DNA of 64,000 bases, taken from Ectothiorhodospiraceae bacterium. Lineage in GTDB: Bacteria > Pseudomonadota > Gammaproteobacteria > HK1. The stretch covers positions 1 through 64,000 of the forward strand of contig JACKNM010000016.1 in the NCBI GenBank assembly GCA_024234875.1, given 5' to 3'. Shown piece by piece: positions 23,768-31,164 of the stretch. The position numbers and the translations under genes were made by a program. Below the pieces are notes generated by a model. That model ran no database searches. It saw only the letters and a program-made list of their open reading frames with translations, and was not told where the DNA came from. The stretch's first letter is position 1; each line of letters begins with the position of its first letter.

Positions 23768-25474
23768 ATGGTCTACATCGCCACCGCCATCGCGCTGATC
23801 ATCGCCGGCATCGTGCTGCGCGAGGTCGCGCGCTCACGGGGCAAGCCCGCCCTCGGCATGCTGTCCTACCTGACCTGGGCGGGTGCGGTGCTCGCGGTCG
23901 GGGCGACCTCGTTCACCATCGTCGAGCAGGAGTCGATCGGCCACCTCAAGCGCATCTATCTGGCCGACGACATGGCGCCCGGCCAGATCATCGCGCGCGA
24001 CGGCGAGAAGGGCCCGCAGGCGCGGGTGCTCGGCCCGGGATTCCACGTCGTGCCGTTCGTGCGCATCCTCTACCAGGTCGAGCAGTACCCGGTGGTCGAG
24101 ATCCCGCAGGGCCAGTACGGGTTGTTGGTCGCGCGCGACGGCGCGCCCCTGGCCCCCGGGCAGTACATCTCGCGAGGCTGGCCGGCGGGCGAGTTCAACC
24201 AGATGCTCGACGCCGAGCACTTCCTGGCCAACGGCGGCCAGAAGGGCCCCCAGCTCGAGGTGCTGCGACCCGGCAAGTACCGGTTCAACCGCTATCTGTT
24301 CGACGTCAAGCTCGGGCGGGCGTTGAACGTGGACACCGGCGAGGTCGCGGTGGTGAAGTCGAACGTCCAGGAACGCGACGACTGCCCGGACCCGCAGAGC
24401 CTGTTGCGCGGCGCCAGTGGCTCCGGTCAGGCGCTGTCGGTGCCGCTGGTGCCACGGGGCTGTGTCGGGGTGTGGGACGAGGTGCTGCTGCCCGGGCGGT
24501 ACTACCTCAATCAGGAGGCCTACACCACGACGCTCATTCCGACCCGCGCTCAGACCTGGAACTACATCGGCGGCTACGAGAAGCGGCGCATCGACCTCAC
24601 CGTCGGCGACGACGGCAAGATCCAGCAGGCGGCCAAGGCCGAGCAGATGGCGAAGCCCGACGGGGCGGCCGACGAGGCCATCGTGGTCACGGTCGAGGGT
24701 TGGCGCGTGCCGCTCGACGTCAGGGTCGTGGTGCAGGTCGACCCGGCCAGCGCGTCACGGGTGGTGGCCTCGGTCGGCACCCTGGAGCAGGTGGAGGATC
24801 GCATCGTCACCCCGGCGTTGCGCTCGATCACCCGCAACGTCGCCGGGGCCGAGGACCGGCAGGTGCTCGACCTCATCAACAAGCGCGACGAGCTCGAGTC
24901 CCTGGTCGAGGCCGCGCTCTACCCGGAGGGCGTGAAGGCCGGGGTGACCATCAAGGAGGTCCGCTTCGGCGACCCCGCGATACCCCCCGAGCTGCTGGTC
25001 GCCCGCCAGCGGCAGCAGCTCGCGGACCAGCTGGAGTCGACCTACGAGCGTGAGCGCGAGGCGCAGGAGAAGCGCGTGGCGGTCGAGCGCAGCCGATCGA
25101 CCGCGGACCTGCAGAAGGAGCTGGTGCGGGCTCAGATCGCGGTCCAGGTCGCGGAGCAGCAGCGCGAGCAGCTGCGGCTCCAGGGCGAGGGCGAGAAGCT
25201 GCGCCTGGTCGAGATCGCGAAGGGGCAGCGCGAGCAGACGGCGGTGCTCGGCGAGGACCGCGTCTATCAGCTCGCGGTCCTCGACAAGGTGCTGGAGGCC
25301 GCGGTCACCAATCCCGAGATCGTCAAGATCCCGCAGGTCTACGTGCAGGGGGAGAGCAACGGATTCGAGGGGCCGGCGGCCATCCTCGGTGCCAGCACCC
25401 TGATGCGTTCCATCGCCGGCGGATCGGCCGCAGACAGGCCGGCGGCGCAGCCCGCACCCGCGCCGCGGCAGTAG
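23768..25474 (+). CDS. SPFH/band-7 (flotillin-like) protein
   Basis: 568 aa. It has an N-terminal hydrophobic hairpin (MVYIATAIALIIAGIVL), a central SPFH-like region, and a long coiled-coil-like EQ/EA/R-rich C-terminal region (ERSRSTADLQKELVRAQIAVQVAEQQREQLRLQGEGEKLRL). Confidence 0.7.
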   Translation: MVYIATAIALIIAGIVLREVARSRGKPALGMLSYLTWAGAVLAVGATSFTIVEQESIGHLKRIYLADDMAPGQIIARDGEKGPQARVLGPGFHVVPFVRILYQVEQYPVVEIPQGQYGLLVARDGAPLAPGQYISRGWPAGEFNQMLDAEHFLANGGQKGPQLEVLRPGKYRFNRYLFDVKLGRALNVDTGEVAVVKSNVQERDDCPDPQSLLRGASGSGQALSVPLVPRGCVGVWDEVLLPGRYYLNQEAYTTTLIPTRAQTWNYIGGYEKRRIDLTVGDDGKIQQAAKAEQMAKPDGAADEAIVVTVEGWRVPLDVRVVVQVDPASASRVVASVGTLEQVEDRIVTPALRSITRNVAGAEDRQVLDLINKRDELESLVEAALYPEGVKAGVTIKEVRFGDPAIPPELLVARQRQQLADQLESTYEREREAQEKRVAVERSRSTADLQKELVRAQIAVQVAEQQREQLRLQGEGEKLRLVEIAKGQREQTAVLGEDRVYQLAVLDKVLEAAVTNPEIVKIPQVYVQGESNGFEGPAAILGASTLMRSIAGGSAADRPAAQPAPAPRQ

Positions 25475-25531
25475 GGCCGGTGCCCCGGCGCGGCGGCGGG
25501 CATCGCGCTCCGCCGCCCGCCGGGCGCGCGA

Positions 25532-26938
25532 TCAGGCGCTCACCGCCCCGCGACGGAGCTCGCCCTCGGCCTTGAGCATGCGACAGGCCTGGCGGAAGGC
25601 CTCCACCGTCTGCGCCACCTCGGCCTCACCGTGGGTGGCGGAGACGATACCGCCCGGCTTGCCGGACATGTCGACGCCGTGCACCAGCAGCGCCAACCGG
25701 AAGCGATTGGCGGCACGGTGCTTGCCCGAGCGCTTGAGCGCGTCGTGGCTCTCGCCGTAGGCATCGAAGGCGAGCGGATCGATGTCACGGTTGTCGGGGT
25801 TGGTGTAGACGTAGACGGCGGAGTGCTCGCCGTAGGCGGCCCACGGCACGTCCTCCTCGCCGAACACCCGGTTCACGCCCTGGCGAATCTGCTCCGCGGT
25901 GCGGCTGGCGCGCGCACACGGGTCGGTCGGACCGCCGATGATCTCCAGGGTCACGATTCCTGCCGCGGCCGAGACCGGGTTGGCGTTGAAGGTGCCCTGG
26001 TGCTGGATCTTCTCCTTGCCCTGGCGCTGCATCTCGTCGAAGTCGAGCAGGTCGAGGATCGCCTTCGGCCCCGCCACGCACCCGCCCGGCAGGCCGCCGG
26101 CGAGGATCTTGGCGAAGGTCGCGAGATCCGGGGTGATGCCGTAGTGGCCCTGGGCGCCGCCGGGCGACACCCGGAAGCCGGTCACCACCTCGTCGAACAT
26201 CAAGAGGATCCCGAGCTCGCGGGTGACCTCGCGCAGCCGCGACACGAAGTCGCGCCCCATCGGCAGCACGCCGAAGCTGCCGCCGGTCGGCTCCAGCATC
26301 ACCACCGCGATGTCGTCGGCGTGGGCGCGGAGCAGCGCGCAGGTGGCCTCGATGTCGTCGGGCGGGGCGAGGAGGACGCTCTCGGCGATGCCGGTGAGGA
26401 GCCCCGGCGTCGCGGTGCCGTCGAAGTGGTTGTCGTATCCGAACGCCGCGTGGTCCTGCCAGCCGTGGAAGTGGCCCTTGAAGCGCACCACCTTGTCGCG
26501 ACCGGTGAAGCCGCGCGCGAGGCGCAGCGCCATCATGTTGGCCTCGCTGCCGGAGGAGAAGAAGCGGACCCGCTCGGCGCAGGGCACGAGCTTGCGCACC
26601 AGCTCGCCCCAGCGGATCTCGAGCTCGTGACAGGCGCCGAAGTGGGTGCCGAGATCGAGGCGCTGGTGCACTGCCTTCATCACCTCGGGGTGGCAGTGTC
26701 CGAGCAGCAGCGCGCCGTGACCGCCGTAGTAGTCGACGTACTCGTTGCCGTCGATGTCCCACTTGCGCGGACCGGCGGCGCGCTCGACGTAGATCGGGTA
26801 GGGGTCGAGACGACGGGCATCGTGAACCAGCCCGCTCGGGAACACGCCCCGGGCGCGCTCGGCGAGGGCGGCCGATCCCTTGGTGCGGGCGCGGTAGGCG
26901 GCCACGGTCGGGGAATTGGTGAGGCTCGGGTCGCTCAT
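25532..26938 (-). CDS. class III (PLP-dependent) aminotransferase, glutamate-1-semialdehyde aminomutase-like
   Basis: 468 aa. The aminotransferase-III fold features are present (YYGGHGALLLGH, MFDEVVTGFRV, TFAKILAGGLP with the PLP lysine). Confidence 0.75.
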   Translation of the reverse strand: MSDPSLTNSPTVAAYRARTKGSAALAERARGVFPSGLVHDARRLDPYPIYVERAAGPRKWDIDGNEYVDYYGGHGALLLGHCHPEVMKAVHQRLDLGTHFGACHELEIRWGELVRKLVPCAERVRFFSSGSEANMMALRLARGFTGRDKVVRFKGHFHGWQDHAAFGYDNHFDGTATPGLLTGIAESVLLAPPDDIEATCALLRAHADDIAVVMLEPTGGSFGVLPMGRDFVSRLREVTRELGILLMFDEVVTGFRVSPGGAQGHYGITPDLATFAKILAGGLPGGCVAGPKAILDLLDFDEMQRQGKEKIQHQGTFNANPVSAAAGIVTLEIIGGPTDPCARASRTAEQIRQGVNRVFGEEDVPWAAYGEHSAVYVYTNPDNRDIDPLAFDAYGESHDALKRSGKHRAANRFRLALLVHGVDMSGKPGGIVSATHGEAEVAQTVEAFRQACRMLKAEGELRRGAVSA

Positions 26939-27141
26939 CGACGTCTCCTGGAGTGGGACCCGACCGCGGGCGCTGGTCGGGCGGCGTGTGGAAGACGCCG
27001 ACGTTAGACCAGCCGCTGCGCCGGGTCCAGCGTCGGCGAGGGGGCTCGACCCCGCTGGCGCGCCGCGTTGCCGGAGGTACCATTGCGCGTCACCGAGAGC
27101 GCGCCGCGTGCGCGGGTGATCCGTTCAACGAGGAGAGAGAC

Positions 27142-28065
27142 ATGCTCGCCGAGGAAATCCGCTCCCGCATCGACAGCCTCATCGGCTCCGACCGCGTGGT
27201 GCTGTTCATGAAGGGTACGCGCCAGATGCCGCAGTGCGGCTTCTCCGCCGCCACCGTCGGCATTCTCGACTCGCTGCTACCCGATTACGTCACCTTCAAC
27301 GTGCTCGAGGACCAGAGTATCCGCGAGGGCATCAAGGAGTTCTCGAGCTGGCCGACCATCCCGCAGCTCTACATCGACAGGGAGTTCGTCGGCGGCTGTG
27401 ACATCGTCAAGCAGATGTTCAACAGCGGGGACCTGCACGCCGCGCTCGGCCTTCCCGAGCCCGACCGCACGCCGCCGGAGATCCACATGAGCGACGCTGC
27501 GGCCGCGCTCATCCGCGACGCGGTCGAGGGCCATCCAGGGGTCTCGGTGCATCTCCAGATCGACCAGCGCTGGCAGCACGGCTTCCAGCTCGGCCCGGCC
27601 GAGGGGCACGAGGTGCGGGCCGACGCCAACGGCATCGAGATCCTGATGGACGTGGCGACGGCGCAGCGCGCGCGCGGGCTGGTGATCGACGTGCGCGAGT
27701 CTATCGAGGGTCGCAGCCTCTCGATCGAGAACCCCAACGCGCCGCCGCCGGTGCGCCAGCTCGAGGCGAGGGAGCTCGCGCGGCGGATGGAGGCGGGCGA
27801 GTCGATCGTGCTGGTCGACGTGCGCCCGCCGGCGGAACGCGCGCGCGCCGCCATCGCTGGCTCGCGGCATCTCGACGACGGTGGTCAGGCGCTGCTGGCC
27901 GATGCGCCGCGCGATGCCACCATCGTGTTCTACTGCCACACCGGGCAGCGCAGCCAGAGCGCGGCCGAGCACTTCCGGCTCCAGGGCTTCACCGACGTGT
28001 CGAACCTCGTCGGCGGCATCGAGGCCTGGTCGCGGGACGTCGACCCGTCGGTACCGCGGTACTGA
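27142..28065 (+). CDS. tri-domain fusion: monothiol (CGFS) glutaredoxin + cysteine-less A-type (IscA/HesB-like) domain + rhodanese
   Basis: The tracked ORF is 26953..28065. The Grx4-type start (MLAEEIRSRIDSLIGSDRVVLFMKGTRQMPQCGFS) is at the ATG at 27142, with an AGGAGAGAG RBS. The middle region (IHMSDAAAALI...NPNAPP) aligns by eye to IscA but lacks the three ligand Cys. The C-terminus is a rhodanese with a CHTGQRS active-site loop. Confidence 0.65.
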   Translation: MLAEEIRSRIDSLIGSDRVVLFMKGTRQMPQCGFSAATVGILDSLLPDYVTFNVLEDQSIREGIKEFSSWPTIPQLYIDREFVGGCDIVKQMFNSGDLHAALGLPEPDRTPPEIHMSDAAAALIRDAVEGHPGVSVHLQIDQRWQHGFQLGPAEGHEVRADANGIEILMDVATAQRARGLVIDVRESIEGRSLSIENPNAPPPVRQLEARELARRMEAGESIVLVDVRPPAERARAAIAGSRHLDDGGQALLADAPRDATIVFYCHTGQRSQSAAEHFRLQGFTDVSNLVGGIEAWSRDVDPSVPRY

Positions 28066-28070
28066 CCACC

Positions 28071-28095
28071 GCCGCCGGTCGCGCGGGCCGGCGGC
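28071..28095. terminator. stem-loop between convergent glutaredoxin-fusion and SIMPL genes
   Basis: GCCGCCGG, loop TCGCGCGGG, then CCGGCGGC. It lies 6 nt after the stop at 28065. Confidence 0.3.
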
Positions 28096-28102
28096 TACCC
28101 GC

Positions 28103-28837
28103 TCAGCGCGCGCGCACCAGCTCGATCTCGCCGCTCGCGGTGGCGGTCAGGCGCCGCGTGCCAGCCTCCATCACCGGCTCGGCCACCGCCATCGATTTCA
28201 TGGCGGTGGCCCGCACCAGCATCTCCGGGCGCGGGGGCACGCCGGCGTCGGTGCCGATGTCGATCCGCACCAGCCGATACTCGGTGCGACCGAGCGACTT
28301 CGCCACCAGCTCGGCGCGCGTCTGGAAGGCCGCCAGGGCCTGCTCGATCAGCGCGCCCTCGGCGGCGCGCCGGGTCTCCAACGCGACGTCTTGCTCCAGC
28401 CCCTCCAGCGCGAGCTGCTCCTGCAGGGTGGAGACGAGGCCGGCGAGGGCGCTCGCATCCCGGCTCTCGAGGCGGAGCTGCTGACGCACTCGCCAGGCGA
28501 CGATCGCCTGGTTCCGATAGACGGGGATGGTGCGGTAGCCGGTGGTCCGCGTCTCCACCCCCTGCACCTCGCGCGCGCGGTCGAGTGCCCAGCGCATCGC
28601 CCGGTTGACCTGGTCCGCCGCGGCGGACTGCTGCCCCGCCTCGCGCTCCGCCGCGAGTGTCGCCAGCGCCAGGTCCGGCTCGACCTCGCGGTCGGCGACG
28701 ACCTGGAACTGCACCCGGTCGTAGGTCGGCACCTCCTGCGCGAGCGCGCCGGTCAGGCCGGTGGCCAGCACCGCGGCCACGAGCAGGCGCGCGAGCCGAG
28801 GTGGGCGAACAGGGGGGCGACGGGTCGGGATGCTCAT
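28103..28837 (-). CDS. SIMPL-domain (DUF541/YggE-like) periplasmic protein
   Basis: The tracked ORF is 28103..28912. A signal-peptide-containing start (MSIPTRRPPVRPPRLARLLVAAVLATGLTGALAQ) is at complement 28837, preceded by GAGGAG. The sequence pattern matches SIMPL/YggE. Confidence 0.6.
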   Translation of the reverse strand: MSIPTRRPPVRPPRLARLLVAAVLATGLTGALAQEVPTYDRVQFQVVADREVEPDLALATLAAEREAGQQSAAADQVNRAMRWALDRAREVQGVETRTTGYRTIPVYRNQAIVAWRVRQQLRLESRDASALAGLVSTLQEQLALEGLEQDVALETRRAAEGALIEQALAAFQTRAELVAKSLGRTEYRLVRIDIGTDAGVPPRPEMLVRATAMKSMAVAEPVMEAGTRRLTATASGEIELVRAR

Positions 28838-28894
28838 CGAAGCGCTCCTCGGGCGGTGCTCCGGAATCGGGAGGCGGGCGGCAGCGGTCCGGCG

Positions 28895-29686
28895 ATGCGA
28901 AGAGGCTACCATAGGCGGTCACGGCCGGCCGGGGCGGGCGCGGCGGAGGCATCTCCGGCGGTGAGACGATTCTGCGTGGTCAGCGCGACGCGCTCGGGGT
29001 CGAGCGCATTGATGGCCGCGATCGCCGCGGTCCCGGGGGTCTCGCTGCCCAGTCGTCTCGCCCCCGGGTGGGCCGAGGAGCTGCTGAACCCACGATTCGC
29101 CGCCACCTACGCGCGGGCCATCGGCCAGCGCCTCGGCCGGGTGCCGCGCCTTCAGGACTCGCTGGTCGAGGCGTTCTGGGCCGCGAGCGCCGGGGCATCG
29201 GTGGCCGGGTTCAAGCTGATCCTCGGCCAACACCACGACGTCGAGGCGTTTCTGGCCGAGCCCGGCCTCGCGGTCGTCGCGCTGTTGCGCACGGACCTGG
29301 AATCGGCGGTGGCCAGCGCGCTCTGCGCCGAGGTGCGCCAGCACTGGCCGCGAGAGGGTGGACCACAGACGCCCTGGCGGTACGAGGAGCGGATGGCGCC
29401 GCGCGTGCACGCACGCGTGCGCGAGCACCTGTACGCTCGACGCTTGCTCGAGCGGGTCGACGCCGCGGTACGGCTCGAGTACGAGCGCATGGTCACACCC
29501 GACTTCGAGTGCCCCGGGCTCGACACGCTGATCGGTGGCCCGGTGCGCATCGCGCGGCCGCGACCCCCGATTCGCGCCGCCGACTACGTCGAGAACCTGG
29601 ATGCACTGCGTGCGTGCATCGCCGCGGCGCTGGTGGCGGCGGACGTGCCGGCCATCACCGCTGGTCAGTCGGGCCCGGATCGGTGA
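28895..29686 (+). CDS. Stf0-like sulfotransferase family protein
   Basis: This is the in-frame 3' part of tracked ORF 27881..29686. The conserved core begins at FCVVSATRSGSS, which resembles the Stf0 family's N-terminal P-loop-like PAPS-binding motif (cited from memory) used for the family call. The start is either the ATG at 28895 or the GTG at 28953. Confidence 0.5.
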   Translation: MRRGYHRRSRPAGAGAAEASPAVRRFCVVSATRSGSSALMAAIAAVPGVSLPSRLAPGWAEELLNPRFAATYARAIGQRLGRVPRLQDSLVEAFWAASAGASVAGFKLILGQHHDVEAFLAEPGLAVVALLRTDLESAVASALCAEVRQHWPREGGPQTPWRYEERMAPRVHARVREHLYARRLLERVDAAVRLEYERMVTPDFECPGLDTLIGGPVRIARPRPPIRAADYVENLDALRACIAAALVAADVPAITAGQSGPDR

Positions 29687-29746
29687 AGCTCGCGTGATGC
29701 AGCGCCGATGCCCGTTCCCGATACCCGCCACCCGCGGCCCGGTCCG

Positions 29747-30946
29747 ATGAGCCGCATTCTCGTCGGCTGGGAGCTCGGGGCAGGTACCGGTCACCTGCAG
29801 ATGGTCGGGGCGGTGGCCCACGCGCTACGCGAGCGCGGGCACGAGCCGGTGTTCGCGGTGCGCGACGTGGCGACCGCTCAGGGTGTGCTCGGTCACCTCG
29901 GCTGCCCGGTGCTGGCCGCACCCGTATGGCTCGGGCACGTGAGTGGGCTGCCACCGGCGGCGAGCTACGCCGAGGTGCTCATGCGCTGCGGCTACCTCGA
30001 CGCCGAGGTCGTGCGCGGCGTGGTCCGCGCCTGGCTCGCGCTCATCGACCTGGTGCGCCCGGACGCCGTGGTGCTCGAGCACGCGCCGACCGCGCTGCTC
30101 GCCGCGCGATTGACCGAGTTGCCCTGTCACGTGATCGGCACCGGCTTCTCGGTCCCGCCCAAGGTCGCGCCGATGCCGGACCTGCAGCCCTGGCAGCCGC
30201 TCGACCCGGGGCGGGTGGCGGCCGCCGAGGCGCAGGTGGTCGAGGTGATCAACGCCGCGCTGGCACCCCTCGGTGGGCTGCCCCTGCGGTGCCTCGCCGA
30301 CCTCCTCGAGGTCGAGGACACCCATCTCTGCACCTTCGCCGAGCTCGACCACTATCCGCACCGCCCGGGTCGCCCCGACTACCACGGGCCGCTGATGGTG
30401 CCGCGCGGGCAGCCGCGACCGCCCTGGCCGGAGGCCGAGGGAGACCGCGTCTACCTCTACCTCCACCACGGCTATCGGAACTTCCAGGAGGTCGTGCGCC
30501 AGCTCCAGAGCCTCGAGCTGCCGTTGTTGGTGGTCGCTCCCGGCATCATGGCGGACGCGGCGGCGGCGCTGGAGACCCCGCGCTGCCGAGTCGTCGCCCA
30601 CGGAGTGGACCTGCAGGTGGTCGGTCGCGAGGCGGCGGTCGCCGTGTCCCACGCCGCCCACGGCACGGTGGGCGAGCTGATGCGAGCCGGTTGCCCACAG
30701 GTCCTGGTTCCGCACTTCGTCGAGCAGGCGGTGCTCGGCTGGCATTTCTCGCGCCACGGCGCCGCCGCGATGACCAGCGGCGAGGGCCCTGGAACGTTCG
30801 CCGATTGCGTGGACCGGGTCGTCGGCGAGCCGAGCTTTCGCCGTCACGCACAGGCCATCGCCGAGCGCTATCGGAGCTTCGATGCCGCGGCGGCGCTCGC
30901 CCGCCTCGGCGACCGCCTGGATCAGAGCCTTCGCCAGCCGCGGTAG
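29747..30946 (+). CDS. GT1-family (GT-B fold, MGT/UDP-glycosyltransferase-like) glycosyltransferase
   Basis: The tracked ORF is 29708..30946. The N-terminus ILVGWELGAGTGHL (start at ATG 29747 or 29708) is typical of GT-B acceptor domains. The C-terminal donor-binding region is HAAHGTVGELMRAGCPQVLVPHFVEQ. Confidence 0.6.
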   Translation: MSRILVGWELGAGTGHLQMVGAVAHALRERGHEPVFAVRDVATAQGVLGHLGCPVLAAPVWLGHVSGLPPAASYAEVLMRCGYLDAEVVRGVVRAWLALIDLVRPDAVVLEHAPTALLAARLTELPCHVIGTGFSVPPKVAPMPDLQPWQPLDPGRVAAAEAQVVEVINAALAPLGGLPLRCLADLLEVEDTHLCTFAELDHYPHRPGRPDYHGPLMVPRGQPRPPWPEAEGDRVYLYLHHGYRNFQEVVRQLQSLELPLLVVAPGIMADAAAALETPRCRVVAHGVDLQVVGREAAVAVSHAAHGTVGELMRAGCPQVLVPHFVEQAVLGWHFSRHGAAAMTSGEGPGTFADCVDRVVGEPSFRRHAQAIAERYRSFDAAAALARLGDRLDQSLRQPR

Positions 30947-31016
30947 GGCCGGTGTTCGATCGCATCGGCAGCGGCGACGAGTGGTCTTTGGCGACCGGCC
31001 CGGGGTTCGCCTGCAG

Positions 31017-31034
31017 CTGAAGAATCTTCTTCAG
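31017..31034. promoter_or_regulatory. perfect 18-bp palindrome CTGAAGAATCTTCTTCAG plus a CTGAAGAATC half-site repeat (31051-31060) upstream of tpsB
   Basis: Read directly from the sequence. The stretch is AT-richer than its surroundings. It lies about 130 nt upstream of the tpsB start and is a candidate operator. Confidence 0.35.
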
Positions 31035-31164
31035 AACGCGCGCTAACCGACTGAAGAATCGCTCACTCTGGTTGCAAGAGTCGGGAGCGGATGACTATCA
31101 TTCGGGTCAGTTTCCCCCACCGCGCCCGCGCCAGAGGGCGCTCCGCGTGCGTAAGGAGCCGAGA

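Noticed and set aside
23116-25053. 645-aa plus-strand ORF
   Set aside because: It is an alternative frame across the flotillin gene and the Pro-rich gene. It is Arg-rich junk, whereas the flotillin frame has clear SPFH-like features.
25785-27083. 432-aa minus-strand ORF, and 25631..27007 on the plus strand
   Set aside because: They are alternative or antisense frames of the class III aminotransferase, and only the 25532..26938 frame carries the PLP-enzyme motifs.
27881-28894. N-terminal 338 codons of tracked ORF 27881..29686
   Set aside because: This part overlaps the glutaredoxin-fusion gene and the SIMPL gene, which is on the opposite strand. The sulfotransferase homology only begins near 28950, so the upstream portion is an open-frame artefact.
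28919-29821. 300-aa minus-strand ORF
   Set aside because: It is antisense to the sulfotransferase and the start of the glycosyltransferase gene, and has no domain features.
31011-31034. Palindrome as the intrinsic terminator of the upstream glycosyltransferase gene
   Set aside because: The stem is 8 bp, almost entirely A/U, with a 2-nt loop and no U-tract. That is too weak for a terminator in a 70%-GC genome, and an operator reading is preferred.
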